Origin: a virus
Reading direction: 5' to 3' (one strand)
IMG/VR virus record: IMGVR_UViG_3300019762_000007
Coordinates: 1-64,000 of that record
DNA length: 64,000 nucleotides
Part shown: in pieces, positions 28,139 to 37,716 of the stretch
How positions within the stretch are numbered: position 1 is the stretch's first letter
Layout of the letters: every line of letters starts with the position of its first letter
Position numbers and translations under genes: made by a program
The notes under the pieces: generated by a model
Databases searched by the model: none
What the model was told of the DNA's origin: nothing
What the model saw: the letters and a program-made list of their open reading frames with translations, nothing else

Positions 28139-30589
28139 TTAATTTTTACTAGGGTTGGGTTTGTTTTTAGCTATCTCAACCTTAGATTTAATATCTTCTC
28201 TTTTAACTTGTATATCCTCTGAATGTTGTTTATCCTCTATACTTATCTTATGTTTATCCAAATCAATTTTATTGTTAGAGTCCTGTAAAGATAGTTGTTT
28301 TTCTAGAACAAGCAATTCTTTAGCGTGCTCAAATTTCAATTCTTCTCTAGCATCTTCTCTATCATCTGCCATTTGTTGTAAAGCATCTGCTCTATCTAAG
28401 GCTTCTTGCGCTGCTTGTTGCTCTGCTTCAGCTTGTTGTTGCGCTTGCTGCTCTCTAGATTCTACATTACTTACAAGTATACTTGTCTTTTCAGAAAGAG
28501 ATTTAGTGTTGATTGACTGTGCCAAGTCTTTTAAATTTGCTACTCCTTGTTGTATAGCCACGTTTAAAGCTTCATCTAGTTTGTCTAATTTCTCTCCATC
28601 TTCAACAGAGTTAGATACATAAACCCCTAAAGTAGAAGTATTAAGCAGGTAGTGGTCTAGTTTGATTGTCTCAGATGTTAAGCTATCTGTTACATACTCT
28701 AATACATCTGTATCTACATAAGCAATCTTTGCTGCTTCCAGCATATAGTTAAGAACTTCTTCTTTAAACATGTCGTGCATGTAGAATAGAGATCTTGTAA
28801 CATTAGTAGACTGTATAATAGCTCTTTGTGCTCCAGTAGCTGTCTCTGACCTTCCTATATCTCCCTCTCTTTGTGGTGATACCCCTGTTATTGCTCTAAT
28901 CTGTTCTTCAAGTTTACTAAGTATTTGCATATATTCTCCAACTATATTGGACAAAGACATGTCAATTGAGTTAAACTGATTAAACTTAGCTATAGAATTA
29001 GGATCTCCCTGTCTTCCTTCTTCTTGTGAATTAATCCAAGCAACACCAAGGTTATCAAAGTGATACATCCACTGGTCTACTGACCACCCTAAAGATTTAG
29101 GAAGTTGTGCCACGTCCATAATGAACTTTTTACCTTTAGCCTTAGCCAATTCTAATTCAAGTCTATACCAAACAATAAGGTAAAATATTTGATGAGGTTT
29201 AATTAAGTCTACTATACTAGTAGGTTTAGAATTAAGTTTATTATGAACTATTCCTACATAAGGTAAATAAGGTAACTGGTTTTCTAAAGGTCTTATGTTA
29301 ATATAAATATCACCACATTTATGCCCTTCCCAGATTTCCCATATCCACTCCCACTTAACAGTTGCTCCAATCTCACTTAACTCTTTTGGCATTACATAAG
29401 TATCTTCTACAGTATCAAGTACTTCCTCTCCAGATAGTGGATCAATATATCTAAGTTCCCCTACTTTTCTGAGAGATCTCCAACATACAGTATCAACTTT
29501 AATATAATTAGGTCTATCGTTACTAGAATTAATTCTACTCATGGAATTAAATTCATAGGCAAATCCTAATTGATCGCCTGTTCCAAAAGAAGATATATTT
29601 CCTTCTTCAATTCTTTGAATTTCACTGTCACTTAAATACTCTCCAAATTCGTCTAGAATCGTACCTACGCTTAACCATCTCTCTTCTCTAAACCAGTTGG
29701 CTTTGTGTATAAATGGTGTATCATTATCTAAATCATAATCTATATGAAGTAAATTTACATTTCTAGTACTTACTTTATCCTTATCTACTGTAATTTTGAT
29801 AATTTCTTCAGCACCAATAATAGCATCATTTAGAGCTACAGAGAATTTATACTTAAGTTTCTCCTCTCTTGACATGTATTCTATCAATCTATTACATGCA
29901 ATTTCAGATGGATGTGCATATTTAGTAGACATCTGTTCTTGTATTACAGCTGATAAAGCCTCAAAATCAGGGTTTTGTACATCTTCTTCCTGAACTGGTT
30001 GTTCTTGTCCCTCTAAATCAAAAGGTTTTGGTGCTTTCTCTTCTGGTACCATTCCTTGAGCAACCCTGAATTTATTATAACTGTCAAAAATTTTATCCTC
30101 TGACTCTGATTCATTAGGATTAATTAATGGTGGAGTATCAACAGATGTACCATTGGGTTTTGGAAAAGCTTTATTTAGTTGCTCAATAGCAGCATCTAAA
30201 ATGGCCCTAGATTTCTTCTGGCGTTTCTCTGATATAATAGTACCATTTACTGCGACAGCAGAAAAGGCAAAAGGAAGTTTAAGCTCTTCTCCTACTAGTG
30301 CACTGATTTGTGACCTTATAATATTATACCCACGCATCCTAGCAGGAGCCTCTCCCTCAGATCTACCAGAATTATAAGGATCTAGAATATATTTAAAATC
30401 TATATTCTCGTAGTTAGAGTTAACTAAATCATAATTATCCTCTTTATCTTGCCTATTAGTTCTACCATACTTATTAGTCGTACTAGCAGATGCTATAATA
30501 GCGTCTACGTTCTCATGTTTCCATGTGTCAGTTTTCTTGCTACTGTGTATCCTCTGTTTTGGTAATGTTAATTTAAACTGTTGTTGCAT
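28139..30589 (-). CDS. Portal protein
   Basis: 816 aa; LPKQRI...KKTDTW, YNIIRSQISALVGEE, WEWIWEIWEGHK, TGVSPQREG; directly after TerL. Confidence 0.92.
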   Translation of the reverse strand: MQQQFKLTLPKQRIHSSKKTDTWKHENVDAIIASASTTNKYGRTNRQDKEDNYDLVNSNYENIDFKYILDPYNSGRSEGEAPARMRGYNIIRSQISALVGEELKLPFAFSAVAVNGTIISEKRQKKSRAILDAAIEQLNKAFPKPNGTSVDTPPLINPNESESEDKIFDSYNKFRVAQGMVPEEKAPKPFDLEGQEQPVQEEDVQNPDFEALSAVIQEQMSTKYAHPSEIACNRLIEYMSREEKLKYKFSVALNDAIIGAEEIIKITVDKDKVSTRNVNLLHIDYDLDNDTPFIHKANWFREERWLSVGTILDEFGEYLSDSEIQRIEEGNISSFGTGDQLGFAYEFNSMSRINSSNDRPNYIKVDTVCWRSLRKVGELRYIDPLSGEEVLDTVEDTYVMPKELSEIGATVKWEWIWEIWEGHKCGDIYINIRPLENQLPYLPYVGIVHNKLNSKPTSIVDLIKPHQIFYLIVWYRLELELAKAKGKKFIMDVAQLPKSLGWSVDQWMYHFDNLGVAWINSQEEGRQGDPNSIAKFNQFNSIDMSLSNIVGEYMQILSKLEEQIRAITGVSPQREGDIGRSETATGAQRAIIQSTNVTRSLFYMHDMFKEEVLNYMLEAAKIAYVDTDVLEYVTDSLTSETIKLDHYLLNTSTLGVYVSNSVEDGEKLDKLDEALNVAIQQGVANLKDLAQSINTKSLSEKTSILVSNVESREQQAQQQAEAEQQAAQEALDRADALQQMADDREDAREELKFEHAKELLVLEKQLSLQDSNNKIDLDKHKISIEDKQHSEDIQVKREDIKSKVEIAKNKPNPSKN

Positions 30590-30607
30590 ATCTTTATTTT
30601 ATTTTAA

Positions 30608-30615
30608 CAAATATA
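30608..30615 (-). promoter_or_regulatory. Bacteroidota -7 box TATATTTG
   Basis: Exact TAnnTTTG 18 nt upstream of the portal ATG. Confidence 0.6.
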
Positions 30616-30623
30616 GTAATTAA

Positions 30624-33600
30624 TTAAAACAACTTTCTAGTAAAGAACGAATCTACTCTAGTTATGTCTTCTTTTTTCTCTACTACTATTCTATGCATCT
30701 GCTGTTTCTGTATAATACATAGCATCATTGCAATAACACGGTCAAAGTTTCCAGTAGCATTATAAGTAGCTAACTCAGTTAAAAGTCCTACAGAGTAAAT
30801 CCTATGTAAGTTTTTTACACCATCTCCTGCATCTGTAAGTAGCCAATCTCTAAGATAAATCTCAGCCTCTTCTTTTACATTCTTATTCATATGTTGACCG
30901 AGCTGTCTATTTACTTTAGAATCTACATTTGCTTTAAGTACAGTTGGTGTAGGTGCGAGGTACTGTAAACTATTGTGAGATTCAAAGTAAGATTTAATAT
31001 TCATCTTCTCGTTCTCATATAAACAAGTACCATACATATTATAATATACTAATAATCTTCTACAAGTTTCATAGAAGTCTCTAGCTAATGCAGGTCTTGC
31101 TGTGTATTCCGCTACTATCTGATCGTACCCTGATCCTCCTACACATTGCCTCTTCATAATAAAGATAGACCCTAAAGAAACAGAAGTTGCTGCTTTGTCT
31201 TGGTCATAAGGGTCACAGTTATGGTGTGATATGCCTTTAGATAGATATGTATGAGTCTCACATTCTAAGTTATAGACGGGTCCAGTATAAGTAGATTTAG
31301 TTACGTCTTTAACCTGAAAGTATATGTATTCTAAGTCATTGCTAATAAAGCAGCCCATTTTAGGCTCCTTTCTAATAGTAACTATATCTTGTATTTTAGC
31401 TAATTTTATGTTCTTGTTATTATTTATACCTATTTGTAACTTAATCGTACTATGATGACTAAGTCTTAAGTGATATGTTTCACCAGTTATAGAATTTAAA
31501 CTATTTATAGTAGCTGTTCCTGCTTTTCTTAAAAGGTTAATACTGCTGACTATACCTACACTAAATAATATATCTTGAATATCTTCTAGCAATTCTAGAC
31601 TAATGCTAACAAATTCTGTTATAGAATAGCCATTTGTATGTGTTGATATACATCCGTCAGAGTCTAAGTACCCTTCTAACAGTTTGAATTTAAAGTCCTC
31701 TTTTATATATTTAATACTCTCAGATATGTGTTTACCTTTTGCACCTTTTCCAAAAATAGAAGACAAGAAGCGAGATATACCCTCATGAGAGAAGGAGACT
31801 TCTACACAATTTTCTCTAGTTCTACTGTTAGCTGACTTTCTAAATAAATTCTCGATAACAGATTTAAGTCTTTCAATAGTATATAATTCTGTAGCATTAA
31901 GTGCTACAGATACCCTGTTTCTACCTTTATCACACCAACCATCTCCTAACCACAATCCTACAAACCACCAAAAGTCGTCAGACTCTAGCATCTCTTCTGG
32001 GATATAGTGTATATTTAAAGGCTTTACTTTTCTATAAATATTAGGAAACTTAGACCACTGTCCCACAGTTACATCCTTAGCTTCTACATAATCAAAACTA
32101 AATAAAGACTCGTCTATAGTTTTATCTGATCTATAAGGAGTATTACTAACATATATAGGATGCTCCTCTGTAAAATTAGTTGTTCTAAATGTGTTAGACA
32201 TTTTGAATCTGTAAGTAGGATGCTCAACTTTATTACGTATTTGTAGATTTATTATACTAATCTCTTCCCCATCTTTATTAATTAACTTATCATCTAAAGA
32301 GACCTCTTCTATTGATTTCAATCCTGAAGTAGTTATAACCTTTTCACCAGGTGTTAGGCACCCACCCATATACATTCCGTATCCTGCTTCTGGTGTTGGG
32401 TGTTCCCATATTTGGACTGCTCCTGTGTTATCTGCATCAGGTTTTACAGGGTAACCACAAACTTGTAGTTTACCAGAAGTATCAGGTACGAAGTTTACCT
32501 TCCCTTCTGCGGTGGTAATTAGTTCTCCAATCTGTCCTTTTATCTCACCGTCTAAAGAGGCATTTACATAGCCTAATTGGGCACGTAAGTCCGCAACTGG
32601 CATAATACTACCTCCAGCTACTAAGAAGGCCTCTCCGGGGAATATAGGACGCTGTGTAAGCTCGTCATTATATGCTTTCTTATTATTAGCTTTAGCTTTA
32701 ACTTCTCTAGCTCTTAATATATAATAAATAGCTGCTTTGTAATCTGTATTACCAAGTTCGTCTTTATACTGGTTGAGTCCCATCCAAGCAGGAATAAACA
32801 AGCCAATCTCTTTATCTGTCTCACCATAGTGATCCTTTCGGGCTACACATGCCCAAGCTCTAGGGTCATAGAATACAGAATAGATAGCTAAACTAGCTCC
32901 TCCGTCCATATCACCTCCAGTACCTGTCATCCATAATCCTCCAAACTTCTCTCCACCTGCTACCATACACTCTCCTAGCTGTCCCATAGCCCCTAATAGA
33001 TTATACATTAAACCTATCTCGTCTAGAACTCCGAATATATAGCGGTTACCATTACCAGCAAATATATTAGCGTCAAAAGATCTATGTTGGATATTAGATT
33101 TAGTACCTTTAAATTTCCATGTTCCACCTTCTTTAACTTTATACTCATGTCTAAAAGGATTCTTTCCGTTCCCACAGTCTAGGGAACCAGCTGTAAGCCT
33201 AGAGAAAGGGCTAGGGTAAGTTATAGATCCTACACTTTGAGACCCTACCATTTCCTCCATACCAAGTTTGAACTTTGATACAGTATCACCAGAATACTTA
33301 GAGTCAATAGCACCTATTAATTGTTCTGCTGTAGGAGGCTTCCCTTGTGAATGGGCTAGCTTAGCAGCTTCATAAGATGTAACACCAGAAGTAATAAAGG
33401 TATATCCTACTAATCCACTCATTGTATAAGACTTACCTACTCCTCGACTTTCGATATCGGCTAGATTAAGAGCCTCATTAAACATAAGTATTGTACCTAG
33501 AGGTTTAGTTTGGTATTCCCAAAGCATTTCATCTGCTGGTTTATACTTCTTATAAGTACCAGAAGAGGTAAGAAGGCTTTCATGTGCTCTGTCCTTGGCT

Positions 33601-34061
33601 CCTAGATTGCTCAGTCTAAACTTTAGTTCGAGTACATCTTCTTCACTCTCATTAGGATTTAGACCTTCTAGTGCTCTATGTGCTGAAAACTCATCATCTA
33701 ATTCAAATCCAGAAAAACCTCGCATTTCATAATATAGATAGAATTTAATCCATTCAACGTCACGTATCTTAGGCCTTCCAATTACTTTACCTTTAATATC
33801 AGACTTATCGTCATTAAGTTTAATACTCCAGTATTTACCATAAAAGTACATTGCTCCAGGAACCCACTTATGTAATCCTTCATGGCTTACCCAGAATCCA
33901 TCATATATTCTTCTTTCTTCTTCTCTCCAATATAACTTATACTTTATTGATAAAGGATTAATAACTTGTACAGGGCCTCTAAGTACCTTATCTAAAGGTA
34001 TTTTGTTTATATATAGAATCTTATCTATATTAATCTTACCTAAATATTCATCTACTGTCAT
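30624..34061 (-). CDS. terL: Terminase large subunit (764 aa after intein excision)
   Basis: Walker A-like SRGVGKSY, Walker B LDEIG, GTGGDM, nuclease motif GG|CDPY, LYENE, GNFDRV. Confidence 0.93.
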   Translation of the reverse strand: MTVDEYLGKINIDKILYINKIPLDKVLRGPVQVINPLSIKYKLYWREEERRIYDGFWVSHEGLHKWVPGAMYFYGKYWSIKLNDDKSDIKGKVIGRPKIRDVEWIKFYLYYEMRGFSGFELDDEFSAHRALEGLNPNESEEDVLELKFRLSNLGAKDRAHESLLTSSGTYKKYKPADEMLWEYQTKPLGTILMFNEALNLADIESRGVGKSYTMSGLVGYTFITSGVTSYEAAKLAHSQGKPPTAEQLIGAIDSKYSGDTVSKFKLGMEEMVGSQSVGSITYPSPFSRLTAGSLDCGNGKNPFRHEYKVKEGGTWKFKGTKSNIQHRSFDANIFAGNGNRYIFGVLDEIGLMYNLLGAMGQLGECMVAGGEKFGGLWMTGTGGDMDGGASLAIYSVFYDPRAWACVARKDHYGETDKEIGLFIPAWMGLNQYKDELGNTDYKAAIYYILRAREVKAKANNKKAYNDELTQRPIFPGEAFLVAGGSIMPVADLRAQLGYVNASLDGEIKGQIGELITTAEGKVNFVPDTSGKLQVCGYPVKPDADNTGAVQIWEHPTPEAGYGMYMGGCLTPGEKVITTSGLKSIEEVSLDDKLINKDGEEISIINLQIRNKVEHPTYRFKMSNTFRTTNFTEEHPIYVSNTPYRSDKTIDESLFSFDYVEAKDVTVGQWSKFPNIYRKVKPLNIHYIPEEMLESDDFWWFVGLWLGDGWCDKGRNRVSVALNATELYTIERLKSVIENLFRKSANSRTRENCVEVSFSHEGISRFLSSIFGKGAKGKHISESIKYIKEDFKFKLLEGYLDSDGCISTHTNGYSITEFVSISLELLEDIQDILFSVGIVSSINLLRKAGTATINSLNSITGETYHLRLSHHSTIKLQIGINNNKNIKLAKIQDIVTIRKEPKMGCFISNDLEYIYFQVKDVTKSTYTGPVYNLECETHTYLSKGISHHNCDPYDQDKAATSVSLGSIFIMKRQCVGGSGYDQIVAEYTARPALARDFYETCRRLLVYYNMYGTCLYENEKMNIKSYFESHNSLQYLAPTPTVLKANVDSKVNRQLGQHMNKNVKEEAEIYLRDWLLTDAGDGVKNLHRIYSVGLLTELATYNATGNFDRVIAMMLCIIQKQQMHRIVVEKKEDITRVDSFFTRKLF
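31218..32360 (-). mobile_element. Intein with LAGLIDADG homing endonuclease (381 aa, residues 568-948 of TerL)
   Basis: Starts CLTPGEKVIT and ends ISHHN with +1 Cys. Block B FTEEHPIY; LAGLIDADG motifs VGLWLGDG and LEGYLDSDG. Removal restores MYMGG-CDPYDQD. Confidence 0.93.
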
Positions 34062-34645
34062 ACCATTCCACTATCACCTAAAGAAGGAACTGCTCCTCCA
34101 AAACTGTTACTTGCACTTTGATTCTGTAACTCTGCTCTCAATTCTCTAATCTTACCATATATCTTATCAGTAGATGTGATCATAACATCTAGGTCCTTTG
34201 CAGTACCTTTAACCAATATAGGCTTAGTACTCCCTTCTGGTACATCCCAACTGTCTAAAGAATAAGGAGTATCCCTAATAAACTTGTCTCTCTCTACTAA
34301 TTTAGATTCTATATCTCTTAAAGACCTAGATAGTTTTGTATCTATAAAATCAATAAAGGCTTTCTTAGTTACATTCCATTCCTCGCTACTTCCTACATAT
34401 TTAATAAGGTCCATATCTACTATCGACACTGCATTCTCATATGCTTCATCTTCTGGGGCATTATATAACTCACTATCTAAATCCAAAAGTAGAGTTAGTC
34501 CCCACATTAGCTTGATACTCTTGTTCTTGTTAGTACTTCTATCTTTCTTAAATATATCTTTAAAGAAAGGGTGTGCTTTAAATACAGGAAACAGTTCCCA
34601 GAAGTCATCTGTAGCATCTCCATTAAAGGCTTCATAATATTTCAT
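34058..34645 (-). CDS. Putative terminase small subunit
   Basis: 195 aa, ATGA-overlap with terL; ERDKFIRDTPYSLD motif. Confidence 0.5.
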   Translation of the reverse strand: MKYYEAFNGDATDDFWELFPVFKAHPFFKDIFKKDRSTNKNKSIKLMWGLTLLLDLDSELYNAPEDEAYENAVSIVDMDLIKYVGSSEEWNVTKKAFIDFIDTKLSRSLRDIESKLVERDKFIRDTPYSLDSWDVPEGSTKPILVKGTAKDLDVMITSTDKIYGKIRELRAELQNQSASNSFGGAVPSLGDSGMV

Positions 34646-34791
34646 ATCTCAAACATTTTATCTAAATCGTGCATTGTAATTGGGTCCTCTAGACCATCTC
34701 CTACAGCTACCAACCATTCAGCCATTTCCTCAGGCTTTGGATCATATAGCTCTAAGACAAATCCACCCATTTGAACTTTTATTATTTCCAT
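34642..34791 (-). CDS. Small hypothetical protein (49 aa)
   Basis: MEIIKVQMGG...KMFEI; stop overlaps the next ATG; below the ORF-track cutoff. Confidence 0.5.
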   Translation of the reverse strand: MEIIKVQMGGFVLELYDPKPEEMAEWLVAVGDGLEDPITMHDLDKMFEI

Positions 34792-34838
34792 ATAAGTGTA
34801 ATAAGATTAGGGAAGTATTTACTCCCCTAACAATTTAA

Positions 34839-35687
34839 CTATTTAACTACTTCTAAGTATATATCACACAGAGATCTTATAGGAGTTATAAACAACATAT
34901 CTTTATCCCATTTACCAAGTTTAGAGTATGTAGGGTAATTTTTACCCACCTTAGTCTTTCTAATTTCTGTAACAACCTTAGCAGTAAAGTCAGAATCTGA
35001 AACAGATTTCCAATCTACTTCGCTGAACTTAATAGACAGTTTATCCTTAACCTCTTTAACTTTAGCTTCAATTTGTTTATTAAGCTCTTCTATTAATAAA
35101 TCTCTACAAGGCTTGCGCTCTTTAAGGTAGTCCAATTTAACTGTATCAGAGTAAGCACTCATAACAGCTCTCTGAGATTCTTTGAAAGCTAATACTGCAT
35201 CCGAGTCATTCTCTATACCTTCTGGTTGTTCTGGTATCCCTAAAGAAGCGATAAAGGCTTTAGCATCTTTCTCATCGGGTTCGGCTTTGTCAGATACGTA
35301 TGTAACATAATAGTAATAAGGAGATCTTTTACACTTATACAGTTCTTTTCTCCAGAACTCTCTTTCTTCAAACAAAGCATTAAAAGCATCAATGGAAATA
35401 GTTTTTCCAGCTACATCTACAATCTTAGGTATAAGTTCTACATCCTCACTATTATTACCAACCTTAATCACTTTTGGTTTCATGCCACTCTCACCATTAT
35501 ACAAGATAAACCCTGTATCTGCTATCTTCATCAATTGATCAAATGCTAAACCATCTGGGATAGATGTAACATCGTAGATAACTTTAAATTGGTTTCTATA
35601 CTCACTAATCTTTGCAGGACTAGCATTCTCTAATACCTCTTGTTCTAACTCTAAGGCTTTAACTTCTTTTACTGATAATTTTTCCAT
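34839..35687 (-). CDS. Hypothetical protein
   Basis: 282-aa ORF in the operon. Confidence 0.6.
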   Translation of the reverse strand: MEKLSVKEVKALELEQEVLENASPAKISEYRNQFKVIYDVTSIPDGLAFDQLMKIADTGFILYNGESGMKPKVIKVGNNSEDVELIPKIVDVAGKTISIDAFNALFEEREFWRKELYKCKRSPYYYYVTYVSDKAEPDEKDAKAFIASLGIPEQPEGIENDSDAVLAFKESQRAVMSAYSDTVKLDYLKERKPCRDLLIEELNKQIEAKVKEVKDKLSIKFSEVDWKSVSDSDFTAKVVTEIRKTKVGKNYPTYSKLGKWDKDMLFITPIRSLCDIYLEVVK

Positions 35688-35932
35688 TACTTTAAATTTT
35701 TTATTAACTCCAATTGATCTTTACTAAGATCTATAATTTTGCTAAGATGTTCTGCCCTAGCTTTACTAACTTTAAATATTCCTAAATGCTTTAACCTAAC
35801 TGCTTCAAACTTTTCACTACTCATAGCTCTAGCAACTAATTCTAACTGTGCTCTAAGACATGCCCTACTGACATACCTATAAGTACAATGCTCTTCTGCT
35901 ACTTCTGCATGTATCTCATCAATTGCGGTCAT
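35687..35932 (-). CDS. HU/IHF-like DNA-binding protein
   Basis: 81 aa; AVRLKHLGIFKV resembles the HU V.L.GFG.F motif. Confidence 0.55.
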   Translation of the reverse strand: MTAIDEIHAEVAEEHCTYRYVSRACLRAQLELVARAMSSEKFEAVRLKHLGIFKVSKARAEHLSKIIDLSKDQLELIKNLK

Positions 35933-36275
35933 ATGTTAGACTTATAGATGTTGGTATAACACTCATATCTATATCACTAAACTTTGTTAAGAACTTCTTA
36001 TCCTTTAGGGACTTAATTAAGTATCCAAGATACTGTTTTGAACCAATACCTAAAGTAGTACCATATTGTGCTCTACTTTCAGTAGACAGCAGGAATGATG
36101 GAATAAACTTAACAGCTAGTCCATCTTCTGCTAATTGTAGTCTTTTCTCTAATAATAAGGTAGCTAATTCTATCTCATTATCAGATAACTTCCATAAGAA
36201 GTTAGACATCTGGATAATTTTAATGAGAGCATTATTTGCTCTAGCACTCTCTAATGTAATTAATACTGTACTCAT
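35919..36275 (-). CDS. Hypothetical protein, possibly winged-helix
   Basis: 118 aa; LSDNEIELA...YLIKSLKDKKFL; first gene of the late operon. Confidence 0.5.
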   Translation of the reverse strand: MSTVLITLESARANNALIKIIQMSNFLWKLSDNEIELATLLLEKRLQLAEDGLAVKFIPSFLLSTESRAQYGTTLGIGSKQYLGYLIKSLKDKKFLTKFSDIDMSVIPTSISLTYDRN

Positions 36276-36295
36276 ATAACTAATTTTAATTTGAA

Positions 36296-36326
36296 CAAAT
36301 ATAGTACATTACTGTGTAAGTACAAA
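36296..36326 (-). promoter_or_regulatory. Full Bacteroidota sigma-A promoter TTTG-N19-TATATTTG heading the late operon
   Basis: Minus strand: TTTG at 36326-36323, 19-nt spacer, TATATTTG at 36303-36296; 20 nt upstream of ATG 36275. Confidence 0.75.
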
Positions 36327-36406
36327 ACATTATTGGGTAAATAGTTTCTATAGATGTTGGCATTTCAAAATTTTTTTCTGTGGTAGAAATATACACTCTC
36401 TATCCA

Positions 36407-36448
36407 TTACCTCCCCCACCTCGTCTCTTCGTTCCGACTGGGGGGTAA
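36407..36448. repeat. GC-rich inverted repeat at the strand-divergence point
   Basis: TTACCTCCCCCA ... TGGGGGGTAA in an AT-rich genome. Confidence 0.6.
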
Positions 36449-36505
36449 CCAATACAACCAATTTCTACTACGTCAATTTTATTTTAACTATAAAAACTAG
36501 AAATT

Positions 36506-36946
36506 ATGAGTACATTAACAGCAGAACAGCAAGCAGTAGTAGCACAGATGTTGAGTAAGTTTAACTTAGCTGACGCTAATATTAAACAATCAAATCTTGA
36601 AATATCAGGCGAGATGCCTAATATCAAGGTATCTGATGTTGTAACATTCTTACAAGCATCTGGATTTCCTGATACATACTTTGGTCATTCATCTACAGGC
36701 AATGCATTTGTATTAGCTTGGTCTAAAGCTGAAGGCAAGAGATTCTTTGTTAACTTCTTTACTACTGATTACAAGAAGATTGATGATAGCATAATGGCTG
36801 ATATCTCTGAAGATACTAATATCACATTCCGTGAAGCTAGATATCGTCAAGATTATACTTATGTTCATCCTACTACTAAAGTAGAGACATTGTATGCTAA
36901 AGGCAGTACAATCTACTCACTTGTATTAGAAGAGATTGAAGAATAA
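36506..36946 (+). CDS. Hypothetical protein, first early gene
   Basis: 146 aa; A-rich initiation region; followed by a terminator. Confidence 0.7.
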   Translation: MSTLTAEQQAVVAQMLSKFNLADANIKQSNLEISGEMPNIKVSDVVTFLQASGFPDTYFGHSSTGNAFVLAWSKAEGKRFFVNFFTTDYKKIDDSIMADISEDTNITFREARYRQDYTYVHPTTKVETLYAKGSTIYSLVLEEIEE

Positions 36947-36949
36947 TAG

Positions 36950-36977
36950 AAAGAGAGCGTAAGCTCTCTTTTATTTT
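36950..36977 (+). terminator. Intrinsic terminator
   Basis: AAAGAGAGC-GTAA-GCTCTCTTT followed by TATTTT. Confidence 0.85.
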
Positions 36978-37068
36978 CACTTATAATCCAGTACAAACAA
37001 TTTCTATTGTTTAATAGTTTTTATCAAGCAATCAATAACGAAACAATCAATAATCAAATAACGCAACC

Positions 37069-37437
37069 ATGAGTAATAGTCTAATATTCAGAGTAAATTT
37101 AGCTACATTCCTAGTAATGCTAGCAATTGGAGTAACAATTGGATTAACCCAAAAGGATAGTAAGGTAATTACACCTAAGGTACACAATGTAATACAGGCT
37201 AATCAGAACATATTAGTATCTAGTCTAGCATCTAATAACGAGATATTATCTGTATTAGATTCTAAATTAGAATCAGCATTAGAAAACTTGGATAAAGCTA
37301 CTAGATACACTCATGATTCAGGAGCTATTAAGAATCCCCAGAAGTACGAAGAGTGTAAGTTAATAGTTGAAGAGCTACAGAATACAATAGATACTTATGA
37401 AAGGATTAATAAGATACTTAGGAGTTCTTTGAAGTAA
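37069..37437 (+). CDS. Membrane-anchored coiled-coil protein
   Basis: 122 aa, N-terminal TM. Confidence 0.6.
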   Translation: MSNSLIFRVNLATFLVMLAIGVTIGLTQKDSKVITPKVHNVIQANQNILVSSLASNNEILSVLDSKLESALENLDKATRYTHDSGAIKNPQKYEECKLIVEELQNTIDTYERINKILRSSLK

Positions 37438-37495
37438 GCCAGAAGTAGAAGAGGATAGAAAGAATAAGCCCAGATCTCCTTTGGACAGAGTCTGG

Positions 37496-37530
37496 GCTAA
37501 TTGCTAATTGCTAATTGCTAATTGCTAATT
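37496..37530. repeat. Tandem heptamer (GCTAATT)x5 inside a long inverted repeat (37435-37588)
   Basis: Five perfect copies read directly from the sequence. Confidence 0.9.
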
Positions 37531-37716
37531 AACATACTATTTATATCTTATTCTTTATGTATTACCTCTCTTCTACTTTCGGGGCTTAGTAGTTGTTGTT
37601 TCTTTTTGAACAAAACATACCGCAGCTCTCCTCGCTTGACTGTCGCAAGCTCGGTATTTTTATTTACATAAACAAGCATTTTACTAACTATTTTATAACT
37701 AAATAACGAAATAATC

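Noticed and set aside
4270-36279. Many plus-strand ORFs of 60-155 aa within the structural module
   Set aside because: They are antisense shadows of long minus-strand genes, with the Ser/Leu/Phe-rich composition expected from that.
37496-37530. CRISPR array (also considered for 42143-42237)
   Set aside because: The repeats are 7-11 nt, lack regular unique spacers, and no cas genes are present.
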